A program made the translations under genes and the position numbers. Below the pieces are notes generated by a model. The model did not search any database, had not been told where the DNA came from, and saw only the letters and a program-made list of their open reading frames with translations. A stretch of 64,000 bases of DNA. Origin: Lama glama (taxonomy: Eukaryota). The stretch spans positions 1,116,001 to 1,180,000 of the forward strand of contig CM052823.1 of the NCBI GenBank assembly GCA_028534125.1. The letters run 5' to 3'. Positions within the stretch are counted from its first letter, which is position 1. The number at the start of each line of letters is the position of its first letter. Positions 37,880-49,484 of the stretch are shown here, in pieces.

Positions 37880-38010
37880 TCCAGTGAACCCCATGAGGTG
37901 GGCATCACATCCCTCTTTGTAAGAGGGAGAAATCTGCTCTGAGAGGAAGAGGGACTTGCTAAGATCACTTGCTTTTGGGCAGCAGAGCTGAGAATTGTAG
38001 TCATGGCTGA
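37880..38010 (-). mobile_element. MIR SINE fragment
   Basis: AACCCCATGAGGTGGGC...GCTCTGAGAGGAAGAGGGACTTGCTAAGATCAC core. Confidence 0.6.
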
Positions 38011-39620
38011 CTCAGTCTGTGCCAGAAATGGGGGTGGGGATGTGGCCGAGGACGGTCCTCCAACACTTCAGCCCCTAAGCTCTCCAACCTTGCCCCTGAC
38101 CAATGACTAGAGCCTGACCAGGCTGGGCATGGTAGCAGCCAACCAGGGGCCCAGTACGGGGGGAGGCTGGAAGCAGGCTGGAGCTGCCTGAAACTGGGGC
38201 CCTGGGGACCAAGTCCTTTCCCCAGCCTGGCTCCTCGAGGCAGTAGTAGCTCAAAGCAGAAAGGAGGGTGTGTGGCCCAGGGGTCTGGTTCAAGGAGGTG
38301 GGAGGTTTGCTGGATCCTGGAGGCATCCCTTCATCAGCTAAGAGAAGGCTGGTTGCAGGGACCGGGGGCTCGCTGGGAGACCACAGTGCCAAAGGCAAGG
38401 CTGAGGCTGGAAGCCAGGTCCAGGGTGAGGACCTGGTCATCCCTCCCATAACCACCCTCATTTCTGTCCCTCTGGGGTGGGAAGGAAGGGTGAGGTCTGG
38501 AAGAGAAAGGACAGCTCCTCCAGGACACGGTAATGCTTTAGAACATACGTTTATTTTCATCAATCTGTAGTACATATGTTCGCTTCTTACAAAATGATGC
38601 TAAGCTGCAGACTAGGGAACACCCTGTGATTCCTCACCTGAGCCCCAGCAGGGGAGCCCCTCTCACTGAGCTGTGGGAGGGAGGGTGGGGCAGATATCAC
38701 AGGGAGGACACGCTGCACGATGAAATCACCACCCAGAGGCACTGGGTGCAGGGGCAGCATAGCCAAGACCCTCCGGGGCCCTCGCAGCACCACGGGCCTG
38801 GCCTGGCACTGTGTCCCACCGAGAGATGGCTGTAGTGGAGTCTGCTGGGACACCCCACCACACACCAGCACATTCACAGGCAGGCGACTGGCCCAAGGCC
38901 ACTCAGCCGGTCCATGCACTGATGGACCTCAAACCCAGGTGGGTCTGACCCACCAGCTCCCCCAAACGCTGAGCCAAGGAGGAAGGGACCTTTCCTCCCC
39001 AGAGGGTGTGGCCAAGCCAGCGGGCCAGGCGGGCTCCGGGACAGGTTAGTCTCATCCCGCAGGCAGAAGTGACCTCGCCCCTGGCGGGAGGTGGGAGTGG
39101 AATGACACTTGGCTGAGCCCCTCCCAGAGCCAGCTCCTCCCAGGGATTACGCCAGGCTCTCGCCGCTCCCACAAGACCTCTGGGGCCGGGGCGCAAGATC
39201 CACTTCAGCAGGGAGCCGTAGGCGGCAGGAGTGACAGCCTGCGGGCCTGTCCCCCTCCCTGGGGCGTGGTCTCCCAGTTTCCTCCCCACCCTCAGTTTCT
39301 GTCCCTCGGGGTCCTCCATTCATTCCGCGCTCGCCCTGCCCGGGCCCTCTGAAGTGAAGGCTCAGACGGCACGACTCCCAGCTCTCTCCCAGCGAGCCCG
39401 CGACGGACTACGGCTCTGGGGGACGCGGTGGCCGCATCCCCAGCTCCCAGGAAGCCGGGAAACAGGAGCGCTCCTTCACCCCACGGGGCCCACCCCTAGG
39501 TCCCGGCTGGGAATTCGGTGCAGTTTCGAGAAGGGTGGGGACCCTCAAGGCCCAAGAGGGCGGTGGCGGCGTCTCCAGGCCGGCAACGCGCCAGGAGCGT
39601 GGGCCTGGCGCGCCCGAACC

Positions 39621-39686
39621 CCAGCCGTTCCCAGCCGTCGCCAGCAGTCCCCAGCGGTCCCCAGCCGTTCCCAGCGGTTCCCAGCG
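39621..39686. repeat. 10-bp minisatellite CCAGC(C/G/A)GT(T/C)C, about 6.6 copies
   Basis: Units start at 39621, 39631, 39641, 39651, 39661, 39671 and 39681 (partial). Confidence 0.9.
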
Positions 39687-39879
39687 CTCGGCGCCACCAC
39701 GCCCGGCCGCTTCCGGCTGTGCCCGGCCCCGAGGTCTGCCGGCGCGGTGCGCAGGTCTCAGGCCGGCCTGGGGCGCGCGGAGCCGGGTCCGCGAGCTCCT
39801 TCCCGACGGCTCCGGTGCACGTCTGCCCCCGCCCCTGCTCCCGGGCCGCGCGGGGGCCGCCCCGTCGTGTCGCCGCCGT

Positions 39880-39970
39880 CGCCGGGCCCGCCGGGTCTAG
39901 TGGTCCTAAACATTTCACAATTGCGCTACAGAACTGTTGAACTGTTAAGAACCACTGCACCCAGCGCGCC
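39880..39970 (-). ncRNA. MIR203A: pre-miR-203 (miR-203a) hairpin; mature 3p at 39897-39918, 5p at 39932-39956
   Basis: Minus strand reads GTGAAATGTTTAGGACCACTAG (miR-203-3p) and AGTGGTTCTTAACAGTTCAACAGTT (5p arm). The position between ASPG and KIF26A is the known synteny. Confidence 0.98.
39885..39968 (+). ncRNA. MIR203B: Antisense hairpin equivalent to miR-203b (5p 39898-39919, 3p 39937-39959)
   Basis: Plus strand gives TAGTGGTCCTAAACATTTCACA and TTGAACTGTTAAGAACCACTGCA, matching the antisense miR-203b annotated in human. Expression in this species cannot be seen from sequence. Confidence 0.55.
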
Positions 39971-41319
39971 AGTCCGGGCCCGCCGCGCTGTGGGGAGAAG
40001 AGCCCTTCCGCCCCGCGCCCTGCTGGCCGTCCGCCCCGGCGCCCCCGGCGCCCCGACGCCCCGACGCCGCGACGCCGGGCGCAGGGGCAGCGCGGCCGCC
40101 GAGCCCCCGCGAGCCCAGCCGTCCAGGCGGCGCGTCCCCTGCGCCCGCGGCCCCGCGCGGCCCGGCGGCTGCGTCCGAACGGCGGCGGCCAGCGCCGCGG
40201 CGCCTTTTAAGCGGGGCGGCCGCCCTCCCCCGCCGCCAGAATGTGCCCGCGCTGCGCCGGCCCGACCGGTTTTTCCAGGCGGGGCGGCTCCCGGGCCGGC
40301 AGGTCGCGCGGCGGGTCGTCCGCGGCCCGGGTACCTGCTCGTCGCGCCCACGCAGGGGTGGCCCTGACTCACCGGCCTCGCGGCCCCGCCCGGCGCCCCC
40401 GCCGCCAGCGCCCAGCTTGGGCGCACCTGGAGTCGCCGGGGTCCTCGCCCCAGGCCCGGGGGCCACACCCACCCCGGCTCGCCCCGGACCCGGGGACGGG
40501 GGGACCCAGGCTCCCGGCGGTGAGGTGCGGGTGACGCCGGCCACGTCGGTGCCCAGGTGATAACCGGAGCCGGCGGGAGCCGGGGCCCGGGTTGGGTCAG
40601 CGGTGAGGGTGCGGGCCGGCTGGACACGCCCATCCCTCTCCCTCTCACTTCAAAGGAACTTCATGGGAGGGGGAAGGAGGGGGACAAAGAGAAAGTGAAA
40701 CTAGAGGGAGGGCGAGAACGGGCCGGGCAGGTTTCTGGTCCTCAGACCCTGCCTTTTCCCAGCGGGTAAGGAGGGCGGCTGGGACCCCTGTCAGAGCCCA
40801 CACGGGGAGTCCCATCCTACCCCTTACTCCTCGTACGGGGCGGGGGCACAGCTCTGCTCTGCGCCACACGGGGGCAAGAGCCCCCAACACTCCCCACCAA
40901 CACACACACACATATGCACACACACACAGCACACGGCTCTGGCCTGCCCACTTCAGTCACCTGGAGATGTTGGGGCCCGACCAGCCAGCCTCAGGGCACT
41001 CTGCCTTACCGCAGAGCTGCCTGTGGGGGGCTAATGGGGGGGGGGCGCAGCTTTAGGAAGGAGAAAATTTGGAGGGAGGTGGGCCCTAAAATCCTCAGCA
41101 CACATCTTGAGCCACCAGTGCTGCTGCATGACGATGGGCGGCCGGCAGTGGTCACCATCATTCAGCTGAGCCCCGGGCAGTTACATGCCCGCACGACCAG
41201 CCTGAGACCAGTGTCCTTTGGGCTCAGGAGCCCCGGGTTAGTCCCAGGCCAGGGATGCAGCCATCAAGTTGTGATGGGCCCTCGAGAGGTTTCCACCTAT
41301 GTTAGGGGCAGTTTACCTA

Positions 41320-41460
41320 TCACCACCAGCCTGGAAAGTGAGTAGCAACGGTTTTATTGTTTCCATTTTGCACTCAGGGAAACTGAGGCTCAGAGAGAGG
41401 CAGTGACTTCTCAAAGGTTCAACAGCTCTCTGTGGTGGAACTGGGACTCCGCAGCCGGCA
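41320..41460 (-). mobile_element. MIR SINE fragment
   Basis: CCATTTTGCACTCAGGGAAACTGAGGCTCAGAGAGAGGCAGTGACTTCTCAAAGGT core. Confidence 0.8.
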
Positions 41461-44145
41461 CCTCTGCTGAGTCGGCTGCCTGAGTGTCAGTGAGGGGGTC
41501 AGGCACTAGGAGAGGGAGGGAGCAGTGGGAGGGGACACAGAGGTGTGTTACCGGGAAGAGAGCTTGGGAATTCCTCCCCCAACTGCCACCACCGCCACCA
41601 CTGCGTGGGTGGAAAGCACCCACCTCTCCTGTCCCCAGCCTTAAGCCCTGGTACAGCCCAGCCCAGGGCAGACCCTCCCTGCACACCGTCACTGTCTCCA
41701 GCACTAGAGGGGACAGGTAAGAGCCGGGAGGAAGAGGGAACAGAGCAAACGTCAGTGGTTCCCACTTGCAGCAGGAGGTACTGAGATGTGACCAGAAAGG
41801 GAACTTCCCCAGGTGACCTATAGCTGGGGTGAGACTGGCCCCGACCGAGAAGTCTGATTTTATGGTGGAGTACACGTGGACAGTGGCCTGAGTGAGAGAG
41901 AGAAGTTTCCCAGAGGTGATGCCGGGCTCCCAGGGACCTGAGACGGGCTGCTGGGAGCCAGCGCCTCGCCCAAGTGAAACCACTGGGTGTAAGCAATGCG
42001 GCTCTCATCCATCCAGGGAGTCTGGTCCCTGCGAGACCCTGCGGGGCTCAGGGGGCCTCCCACGTTGCCCCAGCCCTTCCCATGCCAAGCCTTGCTCCAC
42101 ATCTCATGCCAGCCCCTTGCCATGTCCCCGGGTGGCTACCTGCAGAGGTGATGCGGCTGGGGCAGGTGCCAGTGTGGACCCTGCGCACAGGACTGGGCCT
42201 GAGTTTCTCAGAGCCCTCTCTGGGCAGGATGGGATGGACGGAAGAGGCTGGCCGGCGGCGTGAGCCTCCAATACTGTCCCCCGTGCAGCTGCCCCCTCAC
42301 ACGGTGCTGGGACCACAGAGGACAGACCCTTAGTCCCCCTGCTGCTGTTCGGAGACCCTCTGAGGAGCTCCACAGAGAATGGCCCTGGGGAACTTTCCAG
42401 ACATGTGCATGAGACTTTCCAGAACTTTCTGAGACACTTGTCCAGTCCAAGAGCTGCTCACTGTGGGGCTCTGCGTCCCACGAGCATGTGGAGGGGCCGA
42501 GAACAGGGGCCTGGCCGCCCATCCCTGATGGGGAGTTCCCTGCAACTGCTGGGCTGGCAGAAGCTTCTCCCGGCCGTCAGTGACCCTCTTGGGGAAAAGC
42601 CAGCTCAGCAAGTGCTCTCTCCGTGGGCACCCAGGACACGGGGGCACCTCTGCACTGGCGGGTCGGCACCTGCTCTGTGAGGGAGGTGCCCTGTGGGGTA
42701 ACAGGAGGCACTGGCAGCTGTCACAACCCCAGGCTCTGAGGAGGCCTGGGGAAGGGCTGGGAGCAGTGGGCTCTGCCTTGTCCCCCGTCCGTCCCTGGGG
42801 GTGGGTGTTTCTGGTGAGCTGCTGCGTGCCAGGCACCAGAGGGGATGTCCCACCGCCCTCTGGCCTTCTGAAGATCCCAGTCCACCAGCAATAGCAAGGG
42901 CTCCTGGCTCTGGACCCCCAGGGCCCCTCCCTCCCCCCATGTCCCCCCCACGCCCCCATCCCTCGGGCCTTCATCAGGGGGTGGGGCAAAGGCTCCCCAT
43001 CATCCACTGCGCTTATGTGGTGTTACCTGGTTGTGCAAGGCCAGGCACACCCGTGTCTGGGCGAGATCTGGAAGGCTGCCAGTCACGGTGCCAGCCCGGG
43101 CCTGGGAACTGGGCTGAGAAGCCCGGGGGTGCGGGTGGAGCCGCCCCAGGCCAAGCCCCTCTGGGAGAGGCTGCGTGGGAGGTGCCAAGGGAGAGCTCTT
43201 TGGGGTCACACTTTGGCCCAGTATCTACGGGGAGCATGCCCTCAGGCTGGGCCCAGCGTCTTCCTGAGACCTCAGTCCAGGGGCCAGATGGCCAGATAGA
43301 AGGCAGCCCTCCTGTGGGCAGTTAGTCACCGAAGTGCAGGCGGTACCCAGAGCGGGGCGGTCTGCACAGCTCCTCACGCCCAGCCTGAGGGTCGGACACT
43401 GTGTGCGGGGGAAGTGGGGAGCCCAGGCCCTGGCCCCACCGGACTGCTTATGGTTCGCCTAGAGAACAGGCCTGGGGTCCAAACGCCTCAGCCCCAACTG
43501 GGTCTCTGAGCAGGAACAGCAGCAACCTCAGAGCGCCACGCCCACCAGGCCTGGGCCTGCCCCGCCCATCCCACAACTGCCCACAGCTGGGCTGCTTCCA
43601 CCTGCTGTCCACCCGGGCTGCTGCAACCAAGGCCAGTGCGGGCCGCCCCTTCTCTGCCTCCCCAAGGCGGGCCCAGCTCATAAAAGGTAGTGGGTCAGGG
43701 GCTACAGGCAGTTCAGGGGCTGGAGTGAACCATGCCAAGGGGCCAGCACACCAGAGACCCTGTGAAAAGCAGCCAGTAGGGACCAGGACAAGAGAGATGG
43801 TCTCTGCCAGGAGTTAAGCAGGAGGAGATATGGGGGGGGGGGGCACTGCCTGGAGGAGGTGACTCCAAGCCCCAAGAATGACTGGGATGAAAGGGGATGG
43901 GGCAGAGGCTGTCTGGAGGAGGGAAAGTCCGCCCACCCCCACTCAGCCAGGCTCACATCCACACTCACTCATGCTGCGCAAGGATTAGCAGAGCATCCCT
44001 TGCCCCCAGAGTGCTGGAGACACCGCCCTCTGACCCAGAGCCTGGGGCCGGACACCCCACACACACCCCCACAGTCCTGGGACACAGACAGACCCACTGG
44101 AGCCGGGCTTTGGGGATCTGGAGAGCAAATGGTCCCCAGAGAGAC

Positions 44146-44151
44146 TTTATT
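44146..44151 (-). terminator. ASPG: ASPG polyadenylation signal AATAAA
   Basis: tttatt on the plus strand, ~185 nt after the stop codon, followed on the minus strand by a GT-rich tract (~44040-44100). Confidence 0.8.
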
Positions 44152-44290
44152 GCCAGTCTACCCAACAGAGACCTTTAGGCTGCAACTTAGAAACAGAATG
44201 GGAAGCAGTTCCACAGAGGAAGGGGGCGGAGGGGTGGACACATCAGTCAGAGCCCCAGGGGTGGGGTGACTGCGATCCCTCCAGCAGGTC

Positions 44291-44360
44291 ACAACAGGAA
44301 GGAATGGCTTGCACTGCAGCAGGACAGCTTCAGGTTAGACACCAGGCAGAACTTCCTGGA
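44291..44360 (+). mobile_element. CR1/L3 LINE 3' fragment overlapping ASPG exon 16 in antisense
   Basis: Plus strand GGAATGGCTTGCACTGCAGCAGGACAGCTTCAGGTTAGACACCAGGCAGAACTTCCTG translates as LQQDSFRLDTRQNFL, resembling the CR1 ORF2 C-terminal motif LQQGRFRLDIRKNFL. Confidence 0.7.
44335..44355 (-). CDS. ASPG: ASPG terminal coding exon 16 (EVLPGV*)
   Basis: Reads tttccag|GAA GTT CTG CCT GGT GTC TAA; same as the recalled human C-terminus EVLPGV. Confidence 0.85.
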   Translation of the reverse strand, partial: EVLPGV

Positions 44361-44928
44361 AATGGGAGGTCTCCAGAAAACAAGTGGAGGCCCAGGTACT
44401 GAAAGGGGGCAGGGCAGACAAGCCCGGGCACGTGTCAGTGGGGCCCAGCCTTTCACAGAAGAGGGACCAAAGGACCTGAGCAAACCCAACCAGCCTGGAG
44501 AGTTCCAGAGAGCCAGCTGATGGGGCAGGGATGGGGAGTTAGCTCAGGACCTGGCCTACCCAGCCTGGGAGGCAGGAGGGAGCACCCAGCCCAGTGGGTG
44601 CTGGTCCCAGTGAGGAGGAGGTGCAGGGTGGGCAGGTCCCCTGAAGGCTTCATGAGCTTCTTGGCCATGGCTGGGGCCTCTGGTGCTGTGTTGGGTGCGC
44701 TATGAAGCAGCCTGACATGACAGAACACAGCGGGTCTGAAGTTGGCCCTTCCTCCGGGGAGCCTTCCCTCTGGGCACTTTGCAGCTCTGGACAGTGTACG
44801 CCCCGCCCACAGGAGGGGCAGACCTGACTGGTTTGACCTTCTCAGCCTCCTCCGGCTCTGTCCCCAGGACCTGCCCTTGGACACATTCCCCAAGCCAGGG
44901 TCCAGCCATGGAGCGTGGGGAGACTTAC

Positions 44929-45009
44929 CGGGCCCAGGGCCTCGACACCAGCCCCATGCCGGAGGCTCTGCAGAAAGGTCACCACGTCCAGGTTCCCAAC
45001 TGCCTCTGC
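44929..45009 (-). CDS. ASPG: ASPG exon 15 (AEAVGNLDVVTFLQSLRHGAGVEALGP)
   Basis: cccag|GCA ... CCG|GTAAGT, 81 nt, end of the last ankyrin repeat. Confidence 0.9.
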
Positions 45010-45333
45010 CTGGGGCAGGTGGGACGTGGGAGGGGCTGCCTAAGGGACTCTGACCAGCAGTCTGGCCCCTAATCCCCAGCCACCAGGATGCCCTCTCGCC
45101 CATGCATGAAGGACCCCACATCTCCTCCATTCCCCTTGTCCCCAAAGCTCTGGTCCCTGGGAGGGACCTGGGACAGGAAAAGGGACAGCACCCACCCCCT
45201 ATCCTCGTGGTTCCAGCACACCAGGAGAGCAGGAGTCGGGCATTTGGGAAGGGGGAGCCAGTGGAGCTGTCAGGGAGGGCTTCCGGGAGGACGAGGCCTT
45301 GGAGAGGGCAGCAGGGGCACTGGGGGCACTCAC

Positions 45334-45433
45334 GGTGAGCTGGGCGCTGCGCCCATCATACCCCGGCTGCCTCAGGTCGGCCCCCGCCTGCCACCATGCC
45401 CGCAGGCCTTCTAGGTCGGCCCTGGATGCCAGC
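45334..45433 (-). CDS. ASPG: ASPG exon 14 ([33 protein letters not shown])
   Basis: cccag|G ... ACC|GTGAGT, 100 nt, phase 2 to 0, ankyrin-like. Confidence 0.92.
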
Positions 45434-47547
45434 CTGGGAGGGGGGCGGAGGAGGGGGAGCAGTCAGGGACTGCTGGGAGCCCGTCATCTGCCCAGGGGCA
45501 CCTTTACAACACCAGCCCCAAACAGCTGACCCAGCAGCGGTGAGACCGGGGAAGGCATGCAGGAGGCGCTGGAAGCCAGCAGGAGGCCTGGCGCCTGGTT
45601 TCACCATGCGGGGGTGACTGTGACTCAGGTCAAGGGCGCACACAGGAAAGCACACGCACGAGAAAGCACACACACACACACGGGTGTACCGCACACACAC
45701 GCAAGTGCACACACTCCCCCGCTGCGAGCCGCACGCCAGTTTCACATTTCACAACACAGGTCTCCCTGGGTGGGGTCCACGGAGGCAGGAGGAAAGTCTG
45801 AGGTGGCCCCATTGTTCAAAGAGGAACACACAGGAGGGCGGGGTGGGGGGTTGTGTGGCCCTGGGTCCAGCAGGCCGCCTGGGGGGTCCGGGCTGGGAGG
45901 GGGCCTGGGCCAGCCTGCCCCAGAGAGGTGAGGGGGGCAGAGAGGTCCTCCCAGGCCCTCATCGGGCCCTCCACACCTCCTGCTGCTCTCAGAGGAGCCC
46001 ACTCCTCACCCTGGGAAGGGGCAAGGAGGGGTCCATGCCAGGTGCACTGGCCAGGGCTGGGGGGAGGGAAGGGCCACCCCCCAGCCCCCTAAGGGGGCCT
46101 TAGTGACAGTGCTGCTGGGTCATTTCTAGGGTGTTGCGTAGGGGGCCTGGTGCCACAGGCCCCTCCCAGACCTGCTCCCTGGGCCGCTCGGAAGGGCAGG
46201 CTAAGGGCCTCCCAAATCCAGCCAAGCAGTGGGGTTGGACGAGCCACTCCCGTGGGACCTGCCTGTCACCTCCCCACTCTGCCCCAGTTTCCCTATCTGT
46301 GGGTGGGGACATCAAAGCTCACCAGGGTACAGCCCTGAACCAAGTCACCCCAGAAGCCCCTTCAGTGCCAAGACCAGTAGCTGTGGGCAGGCCCCTCCCT
46401 GCCTGGGCCCCACCTCCCCACACACATCAGAGAGCCCCCTTAGCCCTGTCCTTGCTGGGGAGCCGGGGCCGGTCAGCTAGCAGGATTCATCCCAGGGGAC
46501 ACTGAACTCCAGGGAGAGGCAGCTAAGGCTGGGACCCGTGAGGTGTCCCCACCCCTTCCATACCTAGGATGGAGGTCCCTGGCACCAGGTGAGGCCCCGC
46601 TGACACCAAGGCATGGGGGTAGGGGAGACGCTGTGGGCGGGACACGGGGCCAGAACTTCAGGCCCTCTCCCTGGTGAGCAGGCAGCTCACCTGCTCCTCA
46701 CACCAGCCAGTCAGCCTGAGACGTCACCCTTGTCACCCACTCCCCACACCTGGGGGCTCAGACTTTCAGGGACCCAGGCCCAGGCCACTTCCAGGCCTCC
46801 GCCCCCAGCCTGGCTACCACTGGTGCCCCAGCCTGGCCTCTGGGACAGGCCTCCCCTACCACTGCCTCCCTTTCTCCACAGCCGCCCCGGTCCCTCCCCT
46901 CCTTCCCAGCCCTCAGACCCCAGGGGGACACAAGAGGAGCTAGCGGGCCCAGGGGAGGCAGTGACAGTTTTAGCAGCACCATGGGGAGGGGTCCCGGGGA
47001 CAGAGGAAGGAGCTGAGCTGGGCAGCCCGGGGCCTGCCTTCTGCCCAGCCCACCACCACCACCTCCCCGGGGACCTTTGGGTGCGGCACCGCCCTGGGCT
47101 TCAAGTCTTCCCAGGCCTGCCCTGGGGCCAGGCTGTTGGCTGCTGCCACGCACCAGGGCAGGGCAGCCGCTGGCCTGTGGTCAGTTTTCCCCAGGACGGG
47201 GACCAGGCCCAGCACCAGGGGACCACACTGGAGCTCACCCCGCTGGGGAGCATGGGAACTGCTGACACCTGACAAGCCCTCCCCCCCCCACCTCCCAGAT
47301 GCAGCCCAGGCCTTCCCCAGGCCTCCCTGCAGCCCAGGCCCCTCTCCCGCCCACCCCTGCATGGCGCCCCCCCAGGCCCCTCCCTGCCTCCTTTGCTGGA
47401 CTGTCCTCTCTGCCCAGAACAACCTCCACCCTTCGAGAGTACAGGGTGGCCTCTCCCTCCTCTGAAGCCCCCACCCAGCCGACTGCCCCTCCCTGCAAGC
47501 CTTGGCCTCACGCCCCCGGGGAGCACAAGAGTGCCTGCGGCCCTCAC

Positions 47548-47634
47548 CTGCACAACTCCGTCCCCAAGTCCTCCCGGTCCTGGGTTGACAGGCAGGCCCC
47601 AGCTGCCCGCAGCAGCCCAATGACATCCTGATGC
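47548..47634 (-). CDS. ASPG: ASPG exon 13 ([29 protein letters not shown])
   Basis: gtcag|G ... AG|GTGAGG, 87 nt, phase 2/2. Confidence 0.92.
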
Positions 47635-49320
47635 CTGACACGAGAGGCCCGTGGTGACCATCTGCCCCAGGCAGCCCTTGCTCGACGCCAGCGAAGGACC
47701 AGCAAAGGTGTCCTGTGCACAGGGCCAGACCAGGCCACCCCCAGCCCCTCAGTCCCCCTCACTTGGCCCCATGGAGAGGCAGTGAGTCAGCCCTCTGCCC
47801 AGGGACCCAAGGCACAGCTGTGGGTCCCTGGGGACAGCCCACTGTGGAGAAGCTTCCACACTGAGCTGGCCAGCCCCACAGCTCACACACAGCGGGTGGC
47901 TCCCATCCAGGGCTGGATTGGGGGAAACTGAGGCCACCAGGCCCATGCTCTGCCCTTGGGGTGGAGGGGTAGGGATGAGACCCCGATGGACAAACGTGGG
48001 GGTTCGGCTGGCCCAGAGCAGGGCCTGATATCCGAGGGTGCCCAGAGGCACCTGGCCTGAGCCAAGCCTGGAGCCCCCATTGGGGTAAGCGTCTGTCCGT
48101 AGGGGCTCACAGAGTGGGGAGGGGGTTCGGGCAAGGCCGAGGCACAGAGGGAGCAGAGGCCTGAGGCCGCGCAGGCTGTCTTGGTGGGCAGACACTGACC
48201 TGCAGCACAACTGCACCTGCCTTCCCCGGTGTTGGGGGTATACCATAAACTGCATGGTCACCCCACTTGTAGGGAGCCTGGGGAGGGTGGGGCCCCCCAG
48301 GCCTTGCCCCTACCCCCAGCCCCCAAGAGGCCTCCAGGGTGGGGCAGCACCTCTGTGCCACTCCAGGGCACAGTAGGGCCCCGTGAGGGGTGAGCCGGGA
48401 GACCGGTTTGGGAGGTGGGGGAGGTGCTGGGATAACCAGCTGGGGGTGAGGGGGGTGGGACCAGGACAGGGTGAGCTCACCAAGGCACCCACCCACGCCC
48501 AAGGACACGTGGCCTGGATGCTCCAGCCAGATGGCGGTGGCCTGGGTGCATGTCTCACCAGCACCCTCACCCTCTATCTGCAGCCAGGCCTGTCCTGAGA
48601 AGCCTTTGATGCTCATGGGAGCCTGGGGAGGAGGGTGCTATGCCACCCCAGGGCTCTGAGATGGGGAAGGTGCCCAGGACTTGACCCGAACAGTCTGGTG
48701 ACCAGGGCTTAGACACTCACAGCCTCTCTCCCTCTCTGCATAAGACTCACAAAACCCCTCAAAATAACCCAGGGTCCTGCGGGCCAAGAGCCCCCTGGGG
48801 AGGGACCCTGGGGCCTACTGCAAGCGCTAAACAGAGATCAGCCCTGCTGACGTCCGGCACTATGTAACCTGCTTTGCACCTGCTCCATTCCAGGGCTGGG
48901 CCGGGGGCTTCTCCCTTGGCCCCACTCCAAGTCCCTCAGGTGGATGACGTGGGAAACACATGAGACCCTTGTGCTTTGTCTGTTTGTCTTTTCTAGAAAT
49001 TCCAGGCCAAGGTCTTGCTGTCCCTGCCTGGCTCAGCTAGGAGGTCACCTCCAGGAAGCCCTCCCTGACTATGCCACCAGAGTCAATCCTCCCACGGTGG
49101 GCTCTGTTCACACTCAGCATGGTCACTGCTAGTACCCAGGGCCCAGGCTGAGGGTGGGTTAGGCAAGGCGGCAGGCATCCCTGGTCCCGCCCAGCTCTGT
49201 CTGAGGAAGCTGTGTGGCCACAGGCAAACTGAGAGCCCTCTCTGAGGCAGCTCTGTCCAGGCCCTGCCCCACGCAGCTCCCCTGCCCACACATGCCCTGC
49301 AGTGCCCGGCCCCTGAGTAC

Positions 49321-49484
49321 CTGCCCCTCACGGCCAGCAGCAACGGGCTAAGGCCGTCCTGGTCTCGTGCGTTCACGTCCACCCCGCTCTGCAGCAGCGT
49401 GGTCACCACCCCAGTCTGGCCCCTCCGGGCGGCCGCGTGCAGCGGAGTTCGACCACTGAAGTCCTCCAGGCTCAGGTCACCTCC
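49321..49484 (-). CDS. ASPG: ASPG exon 12, ankyrin repeats ([22 protein letters not shown]...[12 protein letters not shown])
   Basis: Ankyrin motifs GRTPLHAAA and [15 protein letters not shown]; cccag|GGA ... AG|GTACTC, 164 nt. Confidence 0.95.

Larger units (their letters stand above)
39330..40630 (-). promoter_or_regulatory. CpG island and proximal promoter of MIR203
   Basis: Dense CpG. TATA-like TTAAAAGG at 40203-40210(-), AP-1 TGACTCA at 40365-40371, E/Z-boxes at 40332-40337, 40424-40429 and 40554-40559, plus GC and KLF boxes. Confidence 0.8.

Noticed and set aside
39621-39686. CRISPR-like array
   Set aside because: Contiguous 10-bp units without spacers in a mammalian genome; it is a minisatellite.
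39758-39913. Micropeptide ORF starting at the ATG inside mature miR-203
   Set aside because: The ATG is dictated by the miRNA sequence, and the product is low-complexity Gly/Pro/Arg with no supporting signal.
39231-40367. 378-aa plus-strand ORF across MIR203
   Set aside because: Arg/Pro/Ala-rich read-through of a CpG island with a non-ATG start; it crosses a conserved miRNA hairpin.
44539-44640. Alternative ASPG terminal exon from an AG at 44641-44642
   Set aside because: Poor polypyrimidine tract, whereas the exon at 44355 reproduces the known EVLPGV end.
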